From contig CAWELD010000003.1 of NCBI GenBank assembly GCA_963809895.1, positions 992,001 to 1,056,000 of the forward strand: a stretch of DNA of 64,000 nucleotides. The letters are read 5' to 3'. Source of the stretch: an uncultured Gemmatimonadales bacterium. GTDB lineage: Bacteria > Gemmatimonadota > Gemmatimonadetes > Longimicrobiales > Gaopeijiaceae. Positions 9,181 to 18,682 of the stretch are shown in pieces. The translations under genes were made by a program, and so were the position numbers. The notes below the pieces were generated by a model that was not told the DNA's origin, made no database searches, and saw nothing but the letters and a program-made list of their open reading frames with translations. Within the stretch, counting starts at the first letter, position 1. Every line of letters begins with the position of its first letter.

Positions 9181-10293
9181 TCAGGCCTCCCCGACCGCGG
9201 CGCTCTCGCGGAAGCGGCCGAAGTTGTAGTAGGCGGCGCAGGCGCCTTCCGACGACACCATGGGCGCTCCCAGGGGGGATTCGGGGGTGCAGGCGGTGCC
9301 GAAGGCGGCACACTGGAAGGGCTTGATGCGCCCCCGGAGCACGTCCCCTGCCCTGCACTCCGCCGGCTCGTCGGCGCGTATGCCCTCCAACCCGAACTTC
9401 TTCTCGGCGTCGAAGGCCTCGAAGTCCGGCCGCAGGCCCAATCCCGACGCCGGGATGACCCCGATTCCCCGCCAACCCCGGTCCACGACCCGGAAGACCC
9501 GGCTCACCAGCTCCTGGGCCGGCTCGTTCCCGGTCCGGCGCACCGAGCGCACGTACTGGTTCTCCACCTCGTGCCGGCCCTCTTCGAGCTGCCTCACCGT
9601 CATCCAGATGCCCTCCAGGATGTCCAGGGGCTCGAAGCCGGTCACCACGATGGGTACCCGGTAGTGGGAGGCCAGCGGCTCGTACTCGGTCCAGCCCATG
9701 ACCGTGCACACGTGGCCGGCGGCCAGGAAGCCCTGGACCCGGTTGTCGGGCGCATCGAGGATCGCCGTCATGGCCGGCGGCACGGTCACGTGCGACACCA
9801 GGACGCTGAAGTTGTCGAGCCCCAGTTCCCGGGCCCGCCACACCGCCATGGCGTTGGCCGGTGCCGTGGTCTCGAAACCCACCGCGAAGAACACGACCTC
9901 GCGTTCGGGATTTTTTCGGGCCAGCTCCACGGCGTCCAACGGCGAGTAGACGATGCGCACGTTGCCGCCCCGCGCCTTCACCTGAAGCAGGTCGCACTCA
10001 CTCCCGGGCACCCGCAGCATGTCGCCGAACGAGGTGAAGATGACGTCGGGCCGCGAGGCCAGGTGCAGCGCCCGGTCGATCTGCTCCAGCGGGGTCACGC
10101 ACACCGGACATCCGGGCCCGTGGATCATCTCCACGGCATCGGCCAGCACCTCGTGGATGCCCTGCTTGACGATGGTGTGGGTCTGCCCCCCGCACACCTC
10201 CATGAGCGTCCAGCGCCGGGTGGCGAGAGCGAGGATGCGCTCCACCAGGGCGCGGGCCAGGGCCGGATCCCGGTACTCGCTCAGGTACTTCAT
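9181..10293 (-). CDS. hypD: Hydrogenase maturation protein HypD
   Basis: 'MEVCGGQTH', 'GPGCPVCV', 'GFETTAP', '[13 protein letters not shown]'. Confidence 0.97.
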   Translation of the reverse strand: MKYLSEYRDPALARALVERILALATRRWTLMEVCGGQTHTIVKQGIHEVLADAVEMIHGPGCPVCVTPLEQIDRALHLASRPDVIFTSFGDMLRVPGSECDLLQVKARGGNVRIVYSPLDAVELARKNPEREVVFFAVGFETTAPANAMAVWRARELGLDNFSVLVSHVTVPPAMTAILDAPDNRVQGFLAAGHVCTVMGWTEYEPLASHYRVPIVVTGFEPLDILEGIWMTVRQLEEGRHEVENQYVRSVRRTGNEPAQELVSRVFRVVDRGWRGIGVIPASGLGLRPDFEAFDAEKKFGLEGIRADEPAECRAGDVLRGRIKPFQCAAFGTACTPESPLGAPMVSSEGACAAYYNFGRFRESAAVGEA

Positions 10294-10574
10294 GGCTCGA
10301 CGGCGTCGGCGGCGTCGGCCACCTCCCGCATCCAGCGGAGCTCCTCCAGCTCGCCCATCTCGCGCAGCACGTCGTAGGTCCGTCTGGCTTCGTCTTCGTC
10401 CACCCTGGAGATGGCGAAGCCGACGTGGACGATGGCGTAGTCGCCCACCTCCACCTCGTCGGCCACGTAGGCCAGGCAGACCTGGCGGCGTACGCCGCCG
10501 AAGTCCACGACGCCCACCGCCAGGCCGGCGTCGTCGTTCATGGAGATGATGCGTCCGGGAATGCCGAGGCACAT
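10290..10574 (-). CDS. hypC: Hydrogenase assembly chaperone HypC
   Basis: 'MCLGIPG', 'IVHVGFAI'. Confidence 0.97.
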   Translation of the reverse strand: MCLGIPGRIISMNDDAGLAVGVVDFGGVRRQVCLAYVADEVEVGDYAIVHVGFAISRVDEDEARRTYDVLREMGELEELRWMREVADAADAVEP

Positions 10575-10589
10575 GGGAGGGTCTCCGGT

Positions 10590-11270
10590 TCAGGGCGTGG
10601 GAGCCGGGTGGGGCGCGGGCAGCTGCGCTCGCAGGAAGTCGTACCAGGCGTCCAGCCCCTCGCCGGTGAGGGCCGAGGTCATGAGGAACTGGAGCTCGGG
10701 GTTGATCTCGCGGGCGTACGCCACGGCCTGGTCGACGTCGAAGGGCACGTGGGGCAGCAGGTCGATCTTGTTGAGCACAGCGTAGCGGGCCATGCGGAAC
10801 ATCTTGGGATACTTGAGGGGCTTGTCCTCGCCCTCGGTGACGCTGAAGACCACCACCTTGGCACGCTCTCCCAGGTCCCAGGACGCGGGGCACACCAGGT
10901 TGCCCACGTTCTCGACGAAGAGCAGGTCCAGATCGTCCAGATCCAGGTCGGCGAGGGCCGCCCCCACCTGACTCGCGTCCAGGTGGCAGGCACCGCCGGT
11001 GACCACGGCGTGCACGAGGCGATCGGTCCAGCGGGCCAACCGGTCGGCGTCGTTCTGGGTCTGCACGTCGCCGGTGACCACCGCCATGCGGAGCTCGTCG
11101 CCCAGGTCCCGGAGCGTGCGCTCCAGAAGGAGCGTCTTCCCGGAGCCCGGTGAGGACACCAGGTTCAACGCCGTGACCCCAGCGGCTTCCAGCCGCCCAC
11201 GCACCTCCGCCGCCAGCTCGTCGTTGCGCGCCATGACGCGCTCGCGCAGCTCGATCCTCCGAATCGTCAT
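10590..11270 (-). CDS. hypB: Hydrogenase nickel-insertion GTPase HypB
   Basis: 'SSPGSGKT', 'CHLDA', '[10 protein letters not shown]', '[10 protein letters not shown]', 'NKIDL'. Confidence 0.97.
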   Translation of the reverse strand: MTIRRIELRERVMARNDELAAEVRGRLEAAGVTALNLVSSPGSGKTLLLERTLRDLGDELRMAVVTGDVQTQNDADRLARWTDRLVHAVVTGGACHLDASQVGAALADLDLDDLDLLFVENVGNLVCPASWDLGERAKVVVFSVTEGEDKPLKYPKMFRMARYAVLNKIDLLPHVPFDVDQAVAYAREINPELQFLMTSALTGEGLDAWYDFLRAQLPAPHPAPTP

Positions 11271-11527
11271 CCCTCGATCTCCGGGTCGTCGATGTCCAGC
11301 CAGGCGACCCTCAGGTCGTCACCCTGGCACCGGTCCAGCACGGTGACGGCTCGCCCGAACGGCGGCCGCGACAGGAGCGCATCCAGGCAGAACACGAGGT
11401 TGTCGGGCTCCACGCCGGCGTCGTCGCCCACCTCGAGCCCCACCTCGCGCACCCGCGGCAGCGCCTCCAGCCCGACCTGCGCCTCCGTGATGCGGCACAC
11501 CTCCAGCGCCAGGCTCATCTCATGCAC
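11267..11527 (-). CDS. hypA: HypA/HybF nickel chaperone, short form lacking the Zn finger
   Basis: N-terminal 'MHEMSL', 'GVEPDNL.FC' and C-terminal 'GDDLRV' strand; position between protease and hypB. Confidence 0.85.
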   Translation of the reverse strand: MHEMSLALEVCRITEAQVGLEALPRVREVGLEVGDDAGVEPDNLVFCLDALLSRPPFGRAVTVLDRCQGDDLRVAWLDIDDPEIEG

Positions 11528-12026
11528 GGGATCCCCCCGGGACCGCCGCCGGCGTCTCGTGACCCCATTCGGCGAGTTGCGTCAGGATGGCCTCCAGCAG
11601 CGCCGGCACGGCCGCCTCGACGGTCTCCGACAGGCCGTCTCTCAGCTCCACCACCGCCGGCTCCAGCCCAAGCGCCACGGCTTCGTCCGGAAAGGTCCCG
11701 CGCAGCTCGGCCACGGCGAAGACCTCCTGCAGGTCGATCTGGTGGGGCGAGATCTTCTGACTGAGCAGCCGTGGCAGCTCGTGCTTCTGCAACCGCACCA
11801 GGGCCCCCGGAGGCGCGCCGTGGCGGATCACGTCCACGAGGATCAACCGCCGCGCCTCCTCGATGGCGGGCAGCAGCTGCATGCCCCAGGTGCCGCCGTC
11901 CAGGAACGCCACGCCGTCCATGTCGCCCACGGCGTCGCGCAGACGGGCCACGGCCGCCACACCGAGCCCGTCGTCGCCCATGAGCGGGCTGCCCACGCCC
12001 AGAACCACCGTCCCGGGCTCAGTCAT
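11520..12026 (-). CDS. hyaD: Hydrogenase maturation endopeptidase (HyaD/HupD family)
   Basis: 'VLGVGSPLMGDDGLG', 'DGGT', 'SPHQ'. Confidence 0.92.
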   Translation of the reverse strand: MTEPGTVVLGVGSPLMGDDGLGVAAVARLRDAVGDMDGVAFLDGGTWGMQLLPAIEEARRLILVDVIRHGAPPGALVRLQKHELPRLLSQKISPHQIDLQEVFAVAELRGTFPDEAVALGLEPAVVELRDGLSETVEAAVPALLEAILTQLAEWGHETPAAVPGGSRA

Positions 12027-12741
12027 CGACGAAATCGATGTCGGCCCGCACGTAGCGGCCGCCGCTCACCATGGACGAGATGCGGCTCTCCTGATGCACC
12101 ACGTCGGCCCGCACCGTCAGGTAGACGTGCACCGGGATGAAGACGCCCCACGCCCAGGTGAGCACGTGGTGGGCGAAGCGGACCACCTGCGCCCCACCCA
12201 ACAGGCTCCCCACCCAGGCGAAGCTCGTGAAGAACAGGCCCCCGGGGTTGGACAGGCCGTACAGATAGAACCCGGTGCACACCTGCACGAGGGCCACGAA
12301 GTAGATGAAGGAGTAGGTGATCTGCTGCAGCGGGTTGTGGCCCATGTAGTGGGGCGCCCGCCACGGCTGGATGAAGAGGTACTTCTTCAGGACCAGCCAC
12401 AGGTTCTTCCAGTCCTCCGCGTGGTACGGAAAGAGCGCCGTCCAGCGCTCGAATTTGTTGCCCACGAAGAGGTAGTAGAATCGCAGTATGGCCGTGGACA
12501 CCAGCACCCCCGCCGCCGCGAAGTGCACGAAGCGGAAACGAGCCATCATGAAGTGCGCGCTGGGCTCGCCGCTGGTGAGAAAGTAGGGGCGTCCGATGTA
12601 GAAGCCCGTCACCGCCAGCGTGAGGATGCACAGCACCGCGATCCAGTGCATGGCCCGGATCGCCCAGTGCCACAGGTAGACCCGCTTGTACTGGATCGGC
12701 AGGTCCCGCGACAGGCTCGGCGCGGCGGTGTGGGCGCTCAT
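12019..12741 (-). CDS. hyaC: [NiFe]-hydrogenase b-type cytochrome subunit
   Basis: 'RAMHW', 'TGFYIG', 'RFVHF', 'GHNPLQ', 'HH...HVY' heme ligands. Confidence 0.92.
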   Translation of the reverse strand: MSAHTAAPSLSRDLPIQYKRVYLWHWAIRAMHWIAVLCILTLAVTGFYIGRPYFLTSGEPSAHFMMARFRFVHFAAAGVLVSTAILRFYYLFVGNKFERWTALFPYHAEDWKNLWLVLKKYLFIQPWRAPHYMGHNPLQQITYSFIYFVALVQVCTGFYLYGLSNPGGLFFTSFAWVGSLLGGAQVVRFAHHVLTWAWGVFIPVHVYLTVRADVVHQESRISSMVSGGRYVRADIDFVDD

Positions 12742-14453
12742 TCGCCCACCCTCACCCGCGTCACTTCCCTGCCCTCGGCGTCCAGCACGTGGACACCGCA
12801 CGCCATGCACGGGTCGAAGGAGTGGATGGTGCGGAGGATCTCCAGCGGCCGCGCCGGATCCACCAACGGGTGGTTGTCCTTGAGCGACGCCTCGTAGGGG
12901 CCGTTGGCGCCGTTCTGGTCCCGGGGAGAGCAGTTCCAGGTGCTGGGGACCACGCACTGATAGTGGCTGATGGCACCGTTCTCGATCTGGACCCAGTGCC
13001 CCAATGCGCCCCGAGCGGCCTCGAGATATCCGTAGCCCTGCGCGGAATCGGGCCAGCTGTCGGGGTGCCAACGCGAGCCGTTGAAGGTGTTGGTGTCTCC
13101 GGTGCGGATGCGGGAGACCAGCGAATCGAACCAGGTCTCCAGGCGTCGGGCCAGGAGCACCGTCTCGGCACCCCGGGCCGCCGTGCGGCCGAGGGTCGAG
13201 AAGAGCGCCTCCGGGCCGACCTCCAGCCGTCCCAGCGCCTCACCCACCACCTCCTGGGTGTCCTGGTGGCCCGATGCGTACGCCACCAGCATGCGGGCCA
13301 GCGGCCCGACCTCGGTGGGCCGGCCGTCGTAGCGCGGCGCCTTCATCCAGGTGTACTTGTCGTGATCCTGCAGATACGTCCAGGGTGGCTCGGGGCCCGT
13401 GTAGTGGGGCCGCGTCTCGCCCTGAGACGGGTGCAAGCCCACGTCCGGGCCCTCCTCGTAGTCGTACCAGGAGCTGGTGACGTACTCCTTGATCTTCTCC
13501 TGATCGTAGGGCTGCACGTCGGCCAGGTTGCGATCGAGGATCACCCCCCGTGGCAGGTAGAGGGAATCGAGGTCGCGCCACTGCCCGTTGTCCGGGTACT
13601 CGCCCACCGACAGGTAGTTGGTGACCCCACCGCCGATGGCCGCCCAGTCCTTGTAGAACGAGGCGATGGCCAACAGGTCGGGCCAGTACACCTGCTCGAC
13701 GAAGATCCGAGCCCGGTGGATCATGTCCTTGATCTTCGTCAGGCTCTCGGCGTTGATGGTGCCGGTGTCGTCCAGGTTGATGGCCGACGCCATGCCACCC
13801 ACCAGGAAGTTCGGGTGGGGATTCTTGCCACCGAAGATGGTGTGCACCCGGATGACGTCGCGCTGCCAGTCCAGCGCCTCCAGGTAGTGCGAGACCGCCA
13901 TCAGGTTGGCCTCCGGCGGCAGCTTGTACGCCGGATGGCCCCAGTAGCCGTTGGTGAAGATCCCGAGTTGCCCGGACTCCACGAAGCGGCGCACCCGGTC
14001 CTGCACCTCGCGGAAGCGGCTCTCGGAGTTGTTGGGCCAGGGGGACAGGCTGCGGGCCAGCCGCGCCGTGGCCGCCGGATCGGCGGACAGCGCGCTCACC
14101 ACGTCCACCCAGTCCAGCGCGTGCAGATGGTAGAAGTGGATGACGTGGTCCTGCACGGTCTGCATGCCGTGCACGAGGTTGCGGATCAGCCCGCCCGCCG
14201 GCGGCACCTCGATGCCCAGGGCATCCTCCACCGCGCGGCACGAAGCCAGCGCGTGCACGACGGTGCACACGCCACAGATCCGCTGCGTGAACGCCCAGGC
14301 ATCGCGGGGATCGCGGCCCTCCATGATGATCTCGATCCCCCGGAACTGGGTGCTGGAGGCCCAGGCATCGGCGATGCGCCCGCCTTCCTCCTGGACCTCG
14401 ATGCGCAGGTGCCCCTCGATGCGGGTGATGGGATCGACGACGACCTTAGCCAT
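12738..14453 (-). CDS. hyaB: Group 1 [NiFe]-hydrogenase large subunit
   Basis: 'DPITRIEGH', L1 'QRICGVCTVVH', L2 'SFDPCMACGVH' plus cleavable C-terminal tail. Confidence 0.97.
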   Translation of the reverse strand: MAKVVVDPITRIEGHLRIEVQEEGGRIADAWASSTQFRGIEIIMEGRDPRDAWAFTQRICGVCTVVHALASCRAVEDALGIEVPPAGGLIRNLVHGMQTVQDHVIHFYHLHALDWVDVVSALSADPAATARLARSLSPWPNNSESRFREVQDRVRRFVESGQLGIFTNGYWGHPAYKLPPEANLMAVSHYLEALDWQRDVIRVHTIFGGKNPHPNFLVGGMASAINLDDTGTINAESLTKIKDMIHRARIFVEQVYWPDLLAIASFYKDWAAIGGGVTNYLSVGEYPDNGQWRDLDSLYLPRGVILDRNLADVQPYDQEKIKEYVTSSWYDYEEGPDVGLHPSQGETRPHYTGPEPPWTYLQDHDKYTWMKAPRYDGRPTEVGPLARMLVAYASGHQDTQEVVGEALGRLEVGPEALFSTLGRTAARGAETVLLARRLETWFDSLVSRIRTGDTNTFNGSRWHPDSWPDSAQGYGYLEAARGALGHWVQIENGAISHYQCVVPSTWNCSPRDQNGANGPYEASLKDNHPLVDPARPLEILRTIHSFDPCMACGVHVLDAEGREVTRVRVGE

Positions 14454-15669
14454 TGGGATCCTCCTCCGACCCGTCGTCGGATGCGGGGGGCTCGGGTGAC
14501 GGCGCCGCCGACGGGGGCGGCGCCGGAACGATGGGCAGATCCCGGGCGGGATCGTGAGGCAAGCGCCGCTCGCGCATGCGGTTGACCCCCGTGGCCACCG
14601 CGTGGGCCGTGACGCCGGCGGCGGCGCCCACCGCCAGGGCGGCGCCGATGAGATCGGCATTCCGTTCCACACCGAAGCCCGCGATCCCGGGCAGTCGATC
14701 GTAGAAGGGCGTCATGGTGTCCCAGAAGTGACGCTCGGTGCAGCCCAGGCAGGGGTGGCCGGCACCGATGGGCCAATCGGTGTGACCGTTCCACTGGAAG
14801 ATCGGGCACGGCGAGAAGGTCGCCGGGCCCTTGCAGCCCACCTCGTACAGACACCAGGCCTTGCGGGCGCCTTCGTCGTCGAACGCCTGCACGTATTGGC
14901 CGGCGTCGAAGTGTGCACGGCGGGGGCACTGATCGTGGATGCGCGCCCCGTAGGCGAACATGGGACGCCCGTCGGAGTCCAGATCCGGAAGCCGATTGAA
15001 GGTCAGGTAGTGCACCAGGGTGGCGGTAACCACGTCAGCGATGGGCGGGCAGCCGGCGATGTTCACCACCGGCTTGTCGCGCACGATCTCGGCCACCCCC
15101 ACCGCTCCGGTGGGATTGGGCCGGGCCGACTGCACCGACCCGAAGTGGGCGCAGGCCCCGATGGCCACCACCGCCGCGGCACCGTCCGCCGCTTCCACCA
15201 GGATGTCGTGGGCCGTGCGTCCGCCGATGGTGGTGTAGATGCCGTTCTCCTCCATGGGCACCGAGCCGGTGACGAGGAGGACGTAGCTGCCGCGGTTCTC
15301 TTCCATGGCGCTCTGGAGCGCCGATTCCACCGCGTCGCCCGCCGCCGCCATCAGGGTGTGCTGATAGTCCAGGGAGATGAGATCCAGGATGAGATCCCCG
15401 ATGGTGGGATCCGAGCTCCGCAGCACGCTCTCCACGCACCCGGTGCACTCCTGGAGCTGGAGCCAGATCACCGAGGGCCGGCGCACCTGCTGCAGGGCCC
15501 GTGCGATCTCCGGACCCATGGCCTGGCCGAGGCCGAGAATGACGGCCATCTCGCCGCAGTACTTGAGGAAGTCTCGCCGGCTGACGCCACGCCGCTCCAG
15601 GTGTTCACCCAGGGTCTCGGCGTCCGTCCAGGCATGGGACGTAGGAAAGAACATGCGCGCGCCTCCCAT
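14446..15669 (-). CDS. hyaA: Group 1 [NiFe]-hydrogenase small subunit (Tat-exported, membrane-anchored)
   Basis: 'SRRDFLK' Tat motif, 'ECTGC', 'GCPP', 'HDQCPRR', 'GHPCLGC', C-terminal TM; start may be 15654. Confidence 0.95.
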   Translation of the reverse strand: MGGARMFFPTSHAWTDAETLGEHLERRGVSRRDFLKYCGEMAVILGLGQAMGPEIARALQQVRRPSVIWLQLQECTGCVESVLRSSDPTIGDLILDLISLDYQHTLMAAAGDAVESALQSAMEENRGSYVLLVTGSVPMEENGIYTTIGGRTAHDILVEAADGAAAVVAIGACAHFGSVQSARPNPTGAVGVAEIVRDKPVVNIAGCPPIADVVTATLVHYLTFNRLPDLDSDGRPMFAYGARIHDQCPRRAHFDAGQYVQAFDDEGARKAWCLYEVGCKGPATFSPCPIFQWNGHTDWPIGAGHPCLGCTERHFWDTMTPFYDRLPGIAGFGVERNADLIGAALAVGAAAGVTAHAVATGVNRMRERRLPHDPARDLPIVPAPPPSAAPSPEPPASDDGSEEDPNG

Positions 15670-15850
15670 GAGGGATCACAGGGTCCTGCTCTATCGCAAA
15701 CCCGCGCAGGGCGGGAAGGGCCGGACTGGGTGGCGCTGCGGGGGCCGACGGTCGGGAGTACCTATTCAATCCGGCACCCCACGGCGGCTATAGGGACAAG
15801 CCAGGCAATCCCTGTGGGGAAAACCCCTTCAGAGGCTCACGGGGCGCACG

Positions 15851-15884
15851 AGAAAGGCCCCGCCACCAGGAGGTGACGGGGCCT
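15851..15884 (-). terminator. Intrinsic terminator after the TPR gene
   Basis: Stem AGGCCCCGTCACC/GGTGGCGGGGCCT with 4-nt loop, followed by TTCT on the minus strand. Confidence 0.6.
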
Positions 15885-15911
15885 CGAGCCTCGCGACGAC
15901 CGGCGCCGGGA

Positions 15912-16613
15912 TCAGCCCTCGGCTGCGGTCTTCGCCTCGGCCAGGCGCATCTCCATGCGTCCCCGATCCGGATCGTTGGGTTCGAGCCGGTCCAGCACCC
16001 GCTGGTACAGCTCGGCGGCGCCCTGGGGATTGCCCTGCTCCATGCGGATGCGCGCGGCGTCCTGCAGCGCGTCGATCTTCTGGAAGTCGAGGCGGGCGCG
16101 GTCGGCCACGCGCAGATAGAGCTCCTCGGCTTGCTGAGGCTGGCCCTGAGCCTCGTAGGCCCGGGCCAGGAGCACCGCCACCTGCGGACCCAGGGGCTCG
16201 GTCACCGGCACGTCCGCCGCCTCCAGCACCTGCACCGCCTCGCCGGCCTGTCCGTCCTGGAGATCGAGCTGGGCCAGCACCAGGCGCGCTTCGGCGGCGT
16301 GGGGCGTGCTGCTGAAGCGCTGGATGTACTGCGACAGCCGCACCTTGGCGTCGGTCTGCTCACCCGCGCTCAGCGACTGCTGGATGCTCTCCAGCTCCTG
16401 GACCGCCATGGTCTGCAGACGCGAGCGGTAGCTCACGTAGTACAGGACTCCGGCGATGACCAGCCCCAGCGCGACCCCGAAGAGGATCAGCACCTGACTG
16501 TTCTTGCGGGCCCAGGTCGAGAGCTCGAAGACCTTGGCTACGAATACGTCTTCGGCCTCGTCTTCGCGCTGGTGCGGGCGGCGCCGGGAACCGGGGTGGC
16601 GCTTCTTCGCCAT
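15912..16613 (-). CDS. YfgM-like tetratricopeptide-repeat membrane protein
   Basis: Single N-terminal TM followed by TPR-like helices ('AEARLVLA', 'AEELY'). Confidence 0.7.
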   Translation of the reverse strand: MAKKRHPGSRRRPHQREDEAEDVFVAKVFELSTWARKNSQVLILFGVALGLVIAGVLYYVSYRSRLQTMAVQELESIQQSLSAGEQTDAKVRLSQYIQRFSSTPHAAEARLVLAQLDLQDGQAGEAVQVLEAADVPVTEPLGPQVAVLLARAYEAQGQPQQAEELYLRVADRARLDFQKIDALQDAARIRMEQGNPQGAAELYQRVLDRLEPNDPDRGRMEMRLAEAKTAAEG

Positions 16614-16673
16614 AGCGTCCTTCAACTGTGCGGTGTACAGGGACGAAATGCCCAGGGGGCAGAACGAAAAAAG

Positions 16674-17315
16674 CTATGTACGCGCGGCTTCCAGCGCCAG
16701 CCCGTCAGGGTCCGCCACACGCAGCCGACGCCCGTCCTGTTCCAGGAGATCACGGTAGATCCAATCGTTGAGCTGCGTCGTCACCGTGGAGCGGTGCAGA
16801 CCACACAGCTCGCCGAGGATCCGGTGGGGCACACCGACGGGTAACCAGCCCGCCTCCTCGCCGACGCGCTCGACCAGGGCCAGGAGGGTGCGCGCCAGAC
16901 GAGCCGCCGCCGAGCCCCGGCCGGATCCGGCTGCCGTGGCCCGGGCCAGGGCGAGCTCGTCGCCCCGGGAATCCAGCAGCAGCGGCAGTGTGTGGCGACC
17001 GCGCCGGAGCGCCGCCAGCAGCGACGACCCCGCGGTCTCGGTCACCACCGCATCGGTGAGAGCTTCCGCGCCCGTGCGCCGGCGCCGCGCCTCACCCAGC
17101 GCGCTCAGCCCCGTCAGGTCGCCGGCGCCCGCCACGTCCACGGCGCAGCCCCCGGGCCGCGTGAGAAGAACGAGCCCCTGGCGGACCCAGAGGCAGGTGG
17201 AGCCGTCATCACCCGGCTCCCACAGTGACTCACCGGCCCATACCCGGCGGTCTTCGCCGCGCCCCAGCGCACGGTAGAGGGTCCGGTCCCGGGAGGGCAC
17301 GACGCGGAACGGCAT
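16674..17315 (-). CDS. Crp/Fnr family transcriptional regulator
   Basis: cNMP-binding-like N-terminus; HTH 'HRILGELCGLHRSTVTTQLNDW'. Confidence 0.75.
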   Translation of the reverse strand: MPFRVVPSRDRTLYRALGRGEDRRVWAGESLWEPGDDGSTCLWVRQGLVLLTRPGGCAVDVAGAGDLTGLSALGEARRRRTGAEALTDAVVTETAGSSLLAALRRGRHTLPLLLDSRGDELALARATAAGSGRGSAAARLARTLLALVERVGEEAGWLPVGVPHRILGELCGLHRSTVTTQLNDWIYRDLLEQDGRRLRVADPDGLALEAART

Positions 17316-17316
17316 G

Positions 17317-18534
17317 TTACGCCTGTTCCCGCATGCGCCCGTGGGGCCGGAGCGCCGGATGGAGCGTCAACGCCGTGGCGATCAGCAGCGCCGGCAGCGT
17401 GGCCAGCGCGGCGGTGCGGGCCCCCGCGGCGTCTCCGAGAGCCCCCGCCGCGGGCAACAGCATGGACGCCGTGGCCCAGGCCATCCCCATGACCACCGAC
17501 GACGCCACCGCGGCCCCTTCCGGGAGCAGCTCCTGGGCGAGGATCACCACCGGCGGCAGGATGGCCATGTTGAGGAAGCCCGCGGCGGCCGCCGCCGCGA
17601 GTCCCGCGGGGTGTCCCGCGGGAAGCCCCAATGCCAGCGCGTGCACCGGGAGCGCCAGCGCCGTCAGGGTCGCCAGCAGTCGGATCCGGTGGACGCGATC
17701 GGTCAGGAGTCCCCCCACCAGCGTGCCCGCGGCCTGTCCAGCCAGGTAGATGCTCAGCGCCAGCGCGCCCACCGCCTCGGAGCGTCCGTCGGCAGCGGCG
17801 ATGATGGGCATCATGGTGAGGTAGACGCGCTGCACGAAGGCGGTGAGGGCGCTCACGCCGAAGACCAGCCCCAGGGGACCGGCGAGGAGTCGCAGCACGG
17901 CCCGCGGCCCGGGCGGCAGCGCGGCTGGCCGCTCGCTTCGCCCCGACGGCAGCCGCCGCCACAGCACGGGGATCAGGAGGAGCGCCGGGATCATGGCCAC
18001 CCAGAGCCCCGCGAGCCCCAGCCAGCCCACGATCCCCACCGCCACCAGGGGACCCACCGTGTAGCCCGCGGCGCCCCCGAAGGAGAAGAAGGAAAAGCGG
18101 AGCCCGCTTCCCCGCCCTTCACGGATGCGGGCGGCGAAGGACGCGCCCGGCGGGTGGAAGGCGGCGCTGCCCAGACCACCGAACAGGAGGAGGGCCAGAA
18201 GGAGCTCGAACGACGGCGCCCAGCCGATGAGCGAGAGGAAGATCGCGGACACGGCCGGTCCCACCATGACGAAGACCCGGCGTCCGAAGCGGTCGGCCAG
18301 ATATCCCGCGAGAGGCTGCAGCAGCGACGAGGCGAGCCCGAAGACCGTGGCCGCGGTGGCCGCCATGGCGATGGTGAGCCCCAGCTTGTCCATGATCCGG
18401 GGCAGGAGCGGTGCCAGGAATCCCGCGTAGGCATCGTTGAGGCCGTGCGCCAACGCCACCACGAGGGCGATGCGCGCCGGCGAGCGCACCCGCTCCAGCG
18501 GGGATCGGGGAACGGTGGCGGTGGCTCGGTTCAC
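17317..18534 (-). CDS. MFS transporter (Fsr-like)
   Basis: 'AHGLNDAY', 'QPLAGYLADRFGRR', 'GSAAFHP'; start codon approximate. Confidence 0.85.
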   Translation of the reverse strand: MNRATATVPRSPLERVRSPARIALVVALAHGLNDAYAGFLAPLLPRIMDKLGLTIAMAATAATVFGLASSLLQPLAGYLADRFGRRVFVMVGPAVSAIFLSLIGWAPSFELLLALLLFGGLGSAAFHPPGASFAARIREGRGSGLRFSFFSFGGAAGYTVGPLVAVGIVGWLGLAGLWVAMIPALLLIPVLWRRLPSGRSERPAALPPGPRAVLRLLAGPLGLVFGVSALTAFVQRVYLTMMPIIAAADGRSEAVGALALSIYLAGQAAGTLVGGLLTDRVHRIRLLATLTALALPVHALALGLPAGHPAGLAAAAAAGFLNMAILPPVVILAQELLPEGAAVASSVVMGMAWATASMLLPAAGALGDAAGARTAALATLPALLIATALTLHPALRPHGRMREQA

Positions 18535-18682
18535 GAGGGGGCCGTGGACGAATTCGGGACGGCACGCGGGAGCCCACATGGTATCGCCACGGGCGGTCCC
18601 GTGCCACGGCACGAGGGGTGGCGCGGGCCGCGCCCGGAAGCCATCCTCAGGGACCCCTCGCCACGCTGAACCGGAAGGCCCC

